Shown: positions 54,407-64,000 of the stretch, piece after piece
Layout of the letters: the number at the start of each line of letters is the position of its first letter
Position numbering within the stretch: position 1 is the first letter of the stretch
NCBI GenBank assembly: GCA_903856085.1
Contig: CAIOAT010000013.1
Location: 167,430 to 231,429, forward strand
DNA length: 64,000 nt
Reading direction: 5' to 3'
DNA from: Candidatus Omnitrophota bacterium
GTDB lineage: Bacteria > Omnitrophota > Omnitrophia > Omnitrophales > Aquincolibacteriaceae
The notes under the pieces: generated by a model
The model's input: only the letters and a program-made list of their open reading frames with translations
Told to the model about the DNA's origin: nothing
Databases searched by the model: none
Made by a program: the position numbers and the translations under genes

Positions 54407-54907
54407 ATGGAATTCTTTCAAGAGAACATCCATCTTACCGAGGTCTTGGTCCAGCTCATCGCCTTTCTGATCGTGTTTTTCACGCTTAAGAAATTCGCGT
54501 GGAAACCACTCCTTGCGATCATTCAATCGCGACGCGAACGATTCGAAAGCGAATGGGGCGGAATCGAGAAAACCAAACAAGAGGTCGCGGCACTGCAAAA
54601 GGATTATCTCGCGCATCTTCAGAAAATCGAGGAAGAAGCCCGGGCCAAAATGCAGGAAGCAGTTCAGGAGGGACGCCGCCTCGCGCGTGAGATCCAGGAA
54701 AAAGCGCGTCTGGAATCCCAAACCTCGTTTGAAAAAGCAAAAGCAAATATCGAACTCGAAGTTCAGAAAGCGCGACTCACGCTCCGCCAGGAGATCGCCG
54801 ATCTTTCGATCCGCGTCGCGGAAAAAATCCTGACGGAAAAAATGGCTGGGGCCCAGCAAGAAAAAAAGGCTCTGGAAATCCTCGGGGAACTTGAGAAAAA
54901 GTTATGA
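54407..54907 (+). CDS. atpF: ATP synthase F0 subunit b
   Basis: TM helix, KFAWKP, coiled coil, AEKIL. Confidence 0.96.
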   Translation: MEFFQENIHLTEVLVQLIAFLIVFFTLKKFAWKPLLAIIQSRRERFESEWGGIEKTKQEVAALQKDYLAHLQKIEEEARAKMQEAVQEGRRLAREIQEKARLESQTSFEKAKANIELEVQKARLTLRQEIADLSIRVAEKILTEKMAGAQQEKKALEILGELEKKL

Positions 54908-55461
54908 GTGACACGATCGCCGCAGGCCGTTATACCCGCGCCTTATTTGAACTCGCTGAAAAAGAAGGTTCCCTCGCTGAAATAGACGCCGAACTCCATG
55001 CCTTCGCCAAGATCCTGGAGGCTCAGCCAAAGATTTTGCTTCTCATGGCAAACCCCACGCTTACGAACCAGGAAAAATATGCTTTGGCATTGGGAGCCCT
55101 CGCCACGAAAAAAACGAGCTTATTGGAAAGATTTTTTCATGTCATGATTGACAAAAAGCGTTTCGCGCTTTTACCGGAAATCCAAAAGATCTTTCATGAG
55201 CGTTTTGAGAAAAAGCAGGGCGTCCAGGAAGTAACACTGCTCTCTGCCGTACCGTTTTCTTCCGAAGTCCGGGAAAAGTTTAAAATGACGCTCGCAAAAA
55301 AACTCCGCTCCGAGATCCGTCTGATCCCCCAAACCGACCCTGGCATCTTGGGCGGGTTCGTCCTGCGTTTTGACGGTAAAGAGATCGATTGCAGTTTTAG
55401 AAATCGTCTTCATGAGATCCAACAAAAACTTTCCAGCTCTGTTGAAGAAGGGATCGCCTAA
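54904..55461 (+). CDS. atpH: ATP synthase F1 delta
   Basis: RYTRALF, DPGILGG, IDCS. Confidence 0.96.
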   Translation: MSDTIAAGRYTRALFELAEKEGSLAEIDAELHAFAKILEAQPKILLLMANPTLTNQEKYALALGALATKKTSLLERFFHVMIDKKRFALLPEIQKIFHERFEKKQGVQEVTLLSAVPFSSEVREKFKMTLAKKLRSEIRLIPQTDPGILGGFVLRFDGKEIDCSFRNRLHEIQQKLSSSVEEGIA

Positions 55462-55500
55462 CACCGCATGACATTTAAAATTTAATGGAGAACAGGACTA

Positions 55501-57000
55501 ATGCTTAAACCCGAAGAAGTCACGCAAGCCATTCAAAAAGAGATCCAGAAATATGAGACCAAGCTCGAAATGCAGTCCGTGGGTTATGTCCTTCAGGTAG
55601 GAGATGGCATCGCCCGCGTGTACGGTCTCGACGAAGTGATGGCCGGTGAGCTCGTCACATTCCATGATGGGACGACGGGCCTGGTGCTTAATCTTGAACC
55701 GCATCATGTCGGAGTGGTCATCCTCGGCGAAGACCGTAACATCAAAGAAGGCGACCAGGTCAAGCGTACGGGCAAGATCGCGCAGGTCCCGGTCGGAGAC
55801 GCTCTCAAAGGCCGCGTGATCAATCCGCTCGGAGAACCGCTCGACGGCAAGGGCCCGATTGTTACAAAAAAAACGCGCCCGATCGAATCCTTGCCCCCGT
55901 CGGTCGTCCAACGTCAGCCGGTGAAAGAACCGCTGCAAACCGGCATTAAATCCATTGATGCGATGATCCCGATCGGCCGCGGCCAGCGCGAGCTCATCAT
56001 CGGCGACCGCCAAACCGGGAAAACCGCCATCCTGATCGATACAATCCTCAATCAGAAAACAACAGGCGTTCATTGTATCTATGTCGCGATTGGCCAGAAA
56101 CTCTCGAGCGTCGTAGCGCTTACCGAAACGCTTGAAAAATACGGCGCCATGGAATATACCACGATCGTGTCTGCGTCTTCGGATGATCCGGCTCCCCTTC
56201 AGTACCTCGCGCCTTATGCCGGAGCCGCGATCGGTGAAGAATCCTTGTTCAACGGCAAACACGCCCTGGTAGTTTATGACGACCTCTCCAAACACGCGGT
56301 CGCCTATCGCCAGCTGTCACTACTTCTGCAGCGACCGCCGGGACGCGAGGCCTATCCGGGCGATGTGTTTTATCTTCATTCACGGTTGCTCGAACGCGCG
56401 GCAAAAATGCGCGAAGACCTGGGCGGAGGATCGCTCACGGCGCTTCCCGTGATCGAAACGCAGCTCGGTGATATTTCGGCTTACATTCCAACGAATGTTA
56501 TTTCCATCACGGATGGGCAGATCTATCTAGAAAGTGATCTTTTCTACGCAGGCGTACGACCCGCCATCAATGTCGGGCTTTCAGTCTCGCGCGTCGGCGG
56601 AAACGCTCAAACCAAAGCCATGAAACAAGTCGCTGGCATGCTGCGCCTCGCACTCGCTCAGTACCGAGAGCTTCAGGCGTTTGCGCAGCTCGCGACCGAT
56701 CTCGACAAAGCCACCAAAGACCAGCTCACACGCGGCGAGCGCATGGTCGAGATCCTGAAGCAAACCGACCTTCATCCGCTTCCGCTTGAGCGTCAAGTGG
56801 TAAGTATTTTCGCAGGCAATGAAGGTTTCCTTGATGACATTCCCGCTCTTAAAGTACAAGCTTTTGAAAAAGGGCTCTGGGACTTCATCGACAAGAACTA
56901 TCAGGAGATTTTTTTGGAGATCGCGGCAAAGAAGCTCCTCTCCGAGGCGTTAATAGAGAAACTGAAACAAGCCATCATAAAGTTCAAACAAACACTTTAA
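55501..57000 (+). CDS. atpA: ATP synthase F1 alpha
   Basis: [24 protein letters not shown]. Confidence 0.99.
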   Translation: MLKPEEVTQAIQKEIQKYETKLEMQSVGYVLQVGDGIARVYGLDEVMAGELVTFHDGTTGLVLNLEPHHVGVVILGEDRNIKEGDQVKRTGKIAQVPVGDALKGRVINPLGEPLDGKGPIVTKKTRPIESLPPSVVQRQPVKEPLQTGIKSIDAMIPIGRGQRELIIGDRQTGKTAILIDTILNQKTTGVHCIYVAIGQKLSSVVALTETLEKYGAMEYTTIVSASSDDPAPLQYLAPYAGAAIGEESLFNGKHALVVYDDLSKHAVAYRQLSLLLQRPPGREAYPGDVFYLHSRLLERAAKMREDLGGGSLTALPVIETQLGDISAYIPTNVISITDGQIYLESDLFYAGVRPAINVGLSVSRVGGNAQTKAMKQVAGMLRLALAQYRELQAFAQLATDLDKATKDQLTRGERMVEILKQTDLHPLPLERQVVSIFAGNEGFLDDIPALKVQAFEKGLWDFIDKNYQEIFLEIAAKKLLSEALIEKLKQAIIKFKQTL

Positions 57001-57005
57001 AAGCC

Positions 57006-57066
57006 GTGGAACGGTGAACGGGAAACGATCAATTCTTCGTTCAACGTTTGTCGTTCCTCGTTTCGC
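57006..57066. repeat. 7-nt-period inverted repeat element between atpA and atpG
   Basis: AACG at 57010, 57017 and 57024; CGTT at 57038, 57045, 57052 and 57059. Confidence 0.7.
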
Positions 57067-57075
57067 GAGAAGAAC

Positions 57076-57942
57076 ATGAGTGGACAACTCAGAGCATTAA
57101 AAAACAGGATCCGCGGGGTTGAGAGCACCCAGAAGATCACCCGGGCCATGGAAATGGTGGCCGCTTCCAAGCTCAAGCGTTATCAAAAACTGCGCGAGCA
57201 AACAACCCCTTATGTCCAGGCGATCGAAGGAGTCCTGAAGCGGCTGCTTGCCACGGACATTCCGCTTTCGCATCCTTTACTCGAAACGCGCGCAGAAAAA
57301 GAGATCGCGCTGTTGGTCATCACATCGGATACGGGCCTTTGTGGTTCTTATAATCACAGTCTTGTTGCAGAAGCTAGAAAATTCCTGCGTCCGGACTACA
57401 AAACGCCTCTTTTGATCGGTGTCGGCAAGAATGGCGTCAACACCCTATCGCGCGCCGGGCATGTGTGGCAAAAAACCTTTACGAACACCACGACGGCCCA
57501 GGTTGAGCCGGTGATCACGGAGACAAGTTCGTTGATCGAAAAACTTTTTACGGAGAAGAAGATCGACGCGGTCTACGCCGTGTATACCCATTTCACAAGC
57601 AAATCTATTTATCGCGCCACAGCAGAAAAAATACTTCCGTTCCGATTGGAAGTGACAAGCGGCGGACCGGTCGAGACTTCGAGCTTGTATATCATGGAAC
57701 CTAGCCGTGAGGCTTTGTTCACCCGCCTCGTCCCGCTCGTTTTCGCGGCTAAGATGCGCATGATCTTTTTGGAATCTTTCATCTCGGAACATACGGCGCG
57801 CATGAACGCCATGCATCAGGCGACCGAGAACGCCAAGGAATTGATCGACGCGCTGGTTCTTTTACGAAACAAGATCCGGCAAGCAGCCATCACCAAAGAA
57901 CTTATTGAAATCGTTTCGGGCTCGAAAGCCCTTAAAAACTAG
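57076..57942 (+). CDS. atpG: ATP synthase F1 gamma
   Basis: KITRAMEMVAASK, GLCG, RQAAITKELIEI. Confidence 0.98.
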   Translation: MSGQLRALKNRIRGVESTQKITRAMEMVAASKLKRYQKLREQTTPYVQAIEGVLKRLLATDIPLSHPLLETRAEKEIALLVITSDTGLCGSYNHSLVAEARKFLRPDYKTPLLIGVGKNGVNTLSRAGHVWQKTFTNTTTAQVEPVITETSSLIEKLFTEKKIDAVYAVYTHFTSKSIYRATAEKILPFRLEVTSGGPVETSSLYIMEPSREALFTRLVPLVFAAKMRMIFLESFISEHTARMNAMHQATENAKELIDALVLLRNKIRQAAITKELIEIVSGSKALKN

Positions 57943-58001
57943 TACGGCATTTTGCGTACGGCGTACGGAACATTCAGGCGCTGTACGCCATACCCCGTAC
58001 T
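57941..58001. repeat. 7-nt-period inverted repeat element between atpG and atpD
   Basis: Terminal AGTACGG/CCGTACT inverted repeat; GTAC cores at 57942, 57956, 57963, 57983 and 57997. Confidence 0.7.
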
Positions 58002-58014
58002 CCTCAAGAGGTGA

Positions 58015-59418
<1,404 letters not shown>

Positions 59419-59460
59419 CGAACAAGTGCGGCGGAATGCATACACCTTACTAGGGTATTT

Positions 59461-59727
59461 ATGGCCACATCTTACTCGTTAAAGATCATCACACCGCAAG
59501 GCGCCGTATACGAAGGAACGGTCGTTCATACGTTCCTTCCCACGGAGAATGGTTTTGTCGGCGTGCTGGCTCACCACGCTCCGTATTTGGTTTCTTCTAA
59601 AGGCGGGAAAATGGCGGTGAAAGAAAGTGGCGGGCTTGAAAAGGATTTTCAAGTCGGCCCGGGATTTTTTGAAGTCAATCACGACCAGGCCGTGTTTCTC
59701 ACACAGACCTGCACCTCACAAAACTGA
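59461..59727 (+). CDS. atpC: ATP synthase F1 epsilon (N-terminal domain only, 88 aa)
   Basis: IITP, GVLAHHAP, GFFEV. Confidence 0.92.
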   Translation: MATSYSLKIITPQGAVYEGTVVHTFLPTENGFVGVLAHHAPYLVSSKGGKMAVKESGGLEKDFQVGPGFFEVNHDQAVFLTQTCTSQN

Positions 59728-59791
59728 ATCCTTGCTTTTCGAAAAATCGTTTTGTGCCTTTGAAAAACAGGGGCCACTCCCCATCCCAACG

Positions 59792-61447
59792 CTAGGGAGT
59801 CTTGAGTTTTCTGTAGATTAAAACATCCCCGATAAAAAACGGGAACGTTCCCCATATTTTTTTATAAAGAAACATTTCGGGAGTGATAGCCTTCACCTCA
59901 AACTTCTTGACGAGCGCATAGGGAAGCTGGCCTTTGAAAAGGGCCTGAATAAACCAGAAATGGTACTGATCCCCGTGATATATTTCTTCCCAGGATGGAA
60001 ATTTTTTAAAAAAATTTATTTCAGAACGCTGATATTGAGCGAGAGCTGTCTCGTCTATTAACAAAAACGGCATTTCCGACGACTCTGGAGAGATCGGCCG
60101 GACCCTATTCCTGAGCTTCAGTTCAGGCAACGACCAACAAAGCGCTGCGATGTTCTGCCGGGGAGAGATGTTCGAACGAATCCATTTCGCCGAGGAAGTG
60201 ATCGTATCAAACACAAAATAATATTCGATCTGCCCGACAAAAATAAGCTGATACACGATAAAAAGCGCGACGACTTTGCGCAGCAACTTCTTTTCGCCAC
60301 CCCATTTTATCCCTTCCACCCATCGCACCATTCCATAGGCTGCAACGAGAACAAACAAAGGGATCGTTGCCAAGAGATGCCTTGCGAAAGGATAGCGTGC
60401 GAACGGGAAGGCTACGAAACAGATGATGAGAAAATGCAAAAGGATGGGCAGAATAACCACAAAAAACACATCTCTTAGATTCTGATCCTCATGAAATTTC
60501 TTAAAATGAAACGACCGAAAAGCCAAGAAAAATGAAATGAAGATCGGTAGACCCACCGCAGGAAGAAGCTGAACGAAATACGCAAGAGGATTGATCAGGC
60601 TGTTGTAGTGCTGTGTCAAAGTAGGCTGGTCCGAGGCACGTCCTGCGAAAAGCAACCGGAAGGTGGAAAGCGGATACCAACCTCCGTTGGCAAGGGTGAA
60701 CACCGAAAACATGGCAAGTCCCACGAGGATCCAATAACGGATATCCTTTCTCTGAAGGATCAGGACATAAATTATCGGGATCAAAACAGCCGCTGAGAAC
60801 TTGAAAGCGATTGCATAACCGCCTGTGATAACTGCTAGACCTAAAAAAATGTCCTTTTTCCGGATCGCCCACAAACAAAAGAGGATCGTGGCGTATATCC
60901 AGAACGTGTTTCCTGCATCCACCGTAGCGTAATGGCTTTCAGTAACATGCAATCCGGCTAAGGCCAAGAACAAACCGGTGAGCAAAGAAATAGTTTTCTT
61001 GGCGAATATTTCGGTTGCCAGGCAATAAAGGACGAGGACGGTCGCGATGCCGTAGAGCAGAGAAAGACATCTTCCGATGAGGATGAAATGGAAAAGGTAG
61101 GGCTTGGCGGCCTGCCCGGCCAGAGAAGCGACAAGCGTGATCTGGAAGGGAAAACCTTTGGGGTAACGGTTAACGCCCTGGTCTGTTCCGGCTATAAACC
61201 GCCAGGCCATTTTTGTAAAAACTCTCTCATCAATGTGCAAAGAGCGAAACCCATGAACTGCCACCGGCCACGCCGAAAGTTTGACTCCCCAAAACACTCC
61301 CGGCAAACGCACCACCAAAGCAAGAATGATGATGACCCAGACCATGTTGAGCCGCCGCAAAGAGATTCCCGTATTATTCATGATCGATGACCCTCGCCCC
61401 TTTTGAAAAATTACCTGTCTGCATATGAACTTTAAAACGTCCCTCAT
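59792..61447 (-). CDS. polytopic membrane glycosyltransferase, ArnT/PMT-like (GT-C)
   Basis: HIDE after TM1, GRCLSLLYG, ESHYATVD, AIAFKFS, RHLL; many TM helices. The start may be 61381 (MNNTG). Confidence 0.75.
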   Translation of the reverse strand: MRDVLKFICRQVIFQKGRGSSIMNNTGISLRRLNMVWVIIILALVVRLPGVFWGVKLSAWPVAVHGFRSLHIDERVFTKMAWRFIAGTDQGVNRYPKGFPFQITLVASLAGQAAKPYLFHFILIGRCLSLLYGIATVLVLYCLATEIFAKKTISLLTGLFLALAGLHVTESHYATVDAGNTFWIYATILFCLWAIRKKDIFLGLAVITGGYAIAFKFSAAVLIPIIYVLILQRKDIRYWILVGLAMFSVFTLANGGWYPLSTFRLLFAGRASDQPTLTQHYNSLINPLAYFVQLLPAVGLPIFISFFLAFRSFHFKKFHEDQNLRDVFFVVILPILLHFLIICFVAFPFARYPFARHLLATIPLFVLVAAYGMVRWVEGIKWGGEKKLLRKVVALFIVYQLIFVGQIEYYFVFDTITSSAKWIRSNISPRQNIAALCWSLPELKLRNRVRPISPESSEMPFLLIDETALAQYQRSEINFFKKFPSWEEIYHGDQYHFWFIQALFKGQLPYALVKKFEVKAITPEMFLYKKIWGTFPFFIGDVLIYRKLKTP

Positions 61448-61520
61448 GGAAAACTGTGTTCAAACCTTTTAAAAGCTCAGCCTTGGTGTTACGGCCACAC
61501 TTTGAAAAATCTAGTAACCA

Positions 61521-61913
61521 TTAGAAAAATATCCCCATCACCAAAAGAGCCAGCCCTATACCCGCTGAGCTTAGTATCACGACGCGAAACGCGAGAGGCT
61601 CCGCCACGAGCGCTAGCAGGAACTCCCGGGACTTCTTATAAAAGAAGACAAGCGGCACGACCTTCACCAGGCCGAGGCTCACCACCAATGTCACCACAAA
61701 ATTCTCCATGCTCGCAGCCCGCACAAATTCCACCCAAGTCCATAAGGCCAGGGCTAACGTCAGCACCCCAACGGCTGGTATCCAGCGTGGGCGCTCTTCA
61801 GGATAAAGCTCCGCGCTAAGACGCTTCAAGCCTCCGATGAAAAACAAGGCCCCCGCCCCTCCAAGGACCATCCACGAGCCCATCAAAATACCTAAAATTT
61901 TAAAGTAGTTCAT
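61521..61913 (-). CDS. small integral membrane protein, unknown function
   Basis: Four hydrophobic segments; start at MNYFK is a guess. Confidence 0.65.
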   Translation of the reverse strand: MNYFKILGILMGSWMVLGGAGALFFIGGLKRLSAELYPEERPRWIPAVGVLTLALALWTWVEFVRAASMENFVVTLVVSLGLVKVVPLVFFYKKSREFLLALVAEPLAFRVVILSSAGIGLALLVMGIFF

Positions 61914-62163
61914 CGATCTTTCCCCCATCAGTCTCCGGTGATTGTTTTCTCACCATTTTAAGTTTTCTTTTTTCGTTACATTCCTTTACCGTTTCCTCGG
62001 GAGTTCCGGTCTTGAAAAGGGCCTCGAATTTCAACTGCCCGTTATTCGTAATGTTCCTTGAACAGCCCATCGAGTTAAACGTTACTGTCAAAACGAGGGC
62101 CACCCCCATGAACTCCCGAAGCCCCAGCATCCCCGGCACCTTTTGATAAAACCTAAACGACAC
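61900..62163 (-). CDS. hypothetical protein, possible small lipoprotein
   Basis: Co-oriented ORF filling the gap, with a hydrophobic stretch followed by MGC. Weak support. Confidence 0.3.
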   Translation of the reverse strand: MSFRFYQKVPGMLGLREFMGVALVLTVTFNSMGCSRNITNNGQLKFEALFKTGTPEETVKECNEKRKLKMVRKQSPETDGGKIDELL

Positions 62164-62170
62164 AGTCCCT

Positions 62171-62778
62171 TTATTTCAATAACGGCTTGATGCGCTTATA
62201 GATCCGCTCGGCCATAATCCGATAACCTTCGCTGTTGGGATGGATCCGATCATATTTGTACCGTTGATCGAAAAAAATACCATGGAGGACATCGGGAATC
62301 AGGAGAAAATGTTTTTGGTGTGCCAACTTTTTAAAGTCGCCGATATACGCGTCCCCCAGCAGGCCGATCCTCTCCTCGGCCCATACCACCTTGGCACCAT
62401 GTTCCTGAATCCGGTCGATAATAGTTCCCATGTTTCGCAGTATCTCCTCCCGAGGAATCCCGCACATAAAATCATTGCCTCCCAGCGTGATAATCACAAT
62501 CTTCGGGTCCTGCTGCAGAACATCTCTCTCAAGACGCCTCAACCCATCAGCGGTCGTGTCCCCGGAAACGCCGGCGTTGATCACCGGTAGATCCAATTTT
62601 GACCGAAGGACCGACGGATAGTCCCTGCCTTCGTCGGCGCCGAATCCAGCCGTCAGACTGTCCCCAAAACACACGACCGGACCTCCCTTGGGATCGCGAT
62701 CCGCGACCTGCGCTTCGCAACCGCACAAGAAAACGAGAGCGAGAATGAAAATGAAGTTTTTTTGATCATCGCAAACAT
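62171..62778 (-). CDS. SGNH/GDSL arylesterase (TesA-like) lipoprotein; signal peptide frameshifted at an A7 tract
   Basis: FGDSLTAG, NAGVSGDTT, LGGND, DRIHPN. The upstream ATGs at 62769 and 62778 are 1 nt out of frame. Confidence 0.88.
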
Positions 62779-62862
62779 CTCTTTTTATTCCTGAAGCGTT
62801 GACCCGAAGCTCCCGAGAACGCCCTTGTTTTTTCCAAAAGATCCCGATGCATGGCTACAACA

Positions 62863-63732
62863 CTACAAGCCTCGTGCGAAATCAGGCCGGAGAGTGATCT
62901 CTCCATCGATCGCGGCTTTCAAGGCCTTCTCAAGAGTCTGTTGATCTTTCGGAAGTGTTCCTTCGAGCGCGAGATAATTCGACGCGTGATTCGACCGGAA
63001 AATCGTGCGTTTGAGCTCAAGCCCCCGGATCATTTCGTAAGCCTCGTTCAGCAACTCAACCGGATCGAGCTCCACAAAATCTCCCCGCCGTACCTCCTCG
63101 GCGAGTGGCGTTCCGGGAACGACCATCAGAGAGAGAAACGAGAGATACCGCGGCTGCATCCGGTTCAAGGCTTCGACCGTACCCCGCACATGTTCCGCAG
63201 AATATTTTTTGCCGCCAAGCCCGAGCAGAACGATCACCGACGACCGGATCCCCGCCCGATCCGCCCGCTGCACCGCCTGGATCATTTCTTCCGCGCTTGA
63301 GGTTTTGCCGCACCGGTCGAGCACAAGCTGGCTGCCACTTTCAAGCCCCATGTAGACTAGGCTCAACTTGTGTCCGTAAAGCTCGGCTAACTCCTCATCG
63401 CTTTTCCGTGTGATGTTTGATCCATTCGCGTAACTGGAGACGCGGGAAAGAAGGGGGAAAACCTGCTGTAATTTTTCCAGGATCGGAACCAGTTTGCTGT
63501 TGCTGAGAACCAACGCATCCCCGTCCATCAGAAAAACACGACGCGTTCCGGGATCGCAGCGCACACGACGGTCAATATCCGAAAAAACCTCGTTGGGATC
63601 TTTGACTTGAAAGGGTTTCATCTTGTACGCACCGCAGAAACTGCAATGATCCGCCGAACACCCCAGGGTCACTTGCAAAAGAAAACTGTCGGCCTCAGCC
63701 GGCGGCCGGATCACAGGTTCAAGAATCGTCAT
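62863..63732 (-). CDS. radical SAM protein of unknown substrate
   Basis: RPPAEA-SFLLQVTLGCSADHCSFC, FLMDGDAL, GLESGS, FRSNHASNY. Confidence 0.88.
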   Translation of the reverse strand: MTILEPVIRPPAEADSFLLQVTLGCSADHCSFCGAYKMKPFQVKDPNEVFSDIDRRVRCDPGTRRVFLMDGDALVLSNSKLVPILEKLQQVFPLLSRVSSYANGSNITRKSDEELAELYGHKLSLVYMGLESGSQLVLDRCGKTSSAEEMIQAVQRADRAGIRSSVIVLLGLGGKKYSAEHVRGTVEALNRMQPRYLSFLSLMVVPGTPLAEEVRRGDFVELDPVELLNEAYEMIRGLELKRTIFRSNHASNYLALEGTLPKDQQTLEKALKAAIDGEITLRPDFARGL

Positions 63733-63829
63733 CTTTTGTCCTCTTAAAGCCCTTCATCATCTTCCTCTTGTTTCAATGCCCTCTTCGCGGCCGCAAGAAA
63801 CTCGAAAGATGCCGGGCGCACTCTTTCAT

Positions 63830-64000
63830 CTACTTATTCGCGCGATTGAGCATTTCCTCAGCATGGCGACGTGAGATCTCGCTTTCCTGCTGACCGCTCA
63901 TCATCTGCGCCAACTCGCGAACCTTGTCTTCTCCTTCCAAAATCTGATACTGGACAAGCGTCCGCCCTTTTTGAACGGACTTGGTCACTTTGATATGCCG
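63830..64000 (-). CDS. recN: DNA repair protein RecN, C-terminal end (partial)
   Basis: Manual translation RHIKVTKSVQKGRTLVQYQILEGEDKVRELAQMMSG...HAEEML matches the RecN C-terminal pattern. Confidence 0.8.
   Translation of the reverse strand, partial: RHIKVTKSVQKGRTLVQYQILEGEDKVRELAQMMSGQQESEISRRHAEEMLNRANK

Noticed and set aside
57006-57066. Heptamer arrays as CRISPR or terminators
   Set aside because: There is no repeat-spacer structure, no cas gene and no U-tract.

Overview
This window is core bacterial chromosome, dominated by housekeeping genes. It likely comes from the PVC superphylum, perhaps an Omnitrophota-like MAG; this is inferred from the PVC-type EF-Tu switch I, the missing rpmD and the gene order, not from a database search. 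Minus strand, read right to left from ~51.9 kb: a ~31 kb translation/transcription superoperon (tRNA-Thr, tuf, rpmG, tRNA-Trp, secE, nusG, rplKAJL, rpoBC, rpsLG, fusA, S10-spc-alpha clusters to rplQ), then aspC, mfd, surA-pdxA-rsmA, a polyprenyl synthase, rsmI, purN, alkaline phosphatase, eno-ftsB, a secreted hydrolase-like protein, ilvBN-ilvC-leuA, aroE, pilD and a partial aroC. Plus strand, 53.0-59.7 kb: a complete F0F1 ATP synthase operon. Right end, minus strand: partial recN, a radical SAM protein, an SGNH esterase, small membrane proteins and a GT-C glycosyltransferase. I found no CRISPR array, rRNA, prophage or transposase. The most notable items are: (1) a domain-stripped 629-aa Mfd; (2) an L17 ending in a MinD-like amphipathic helix; (3) rpoB broken in the flap region by a 1-nt frameshift, probably an assembly indel because a second -1 indel occurs at 62.76 kb; (4) a family of intergenic elements with 7-nt periodicity; (5) an exact 20-nt TATAAT box directly before two start codons; (6) a candidate ILV-rich leader peptide before ilvB; (7) a secreted alpha/beta-hydrolase with degenerate catalytic residues. 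I do not see a convincing complete new multi-gene system here.
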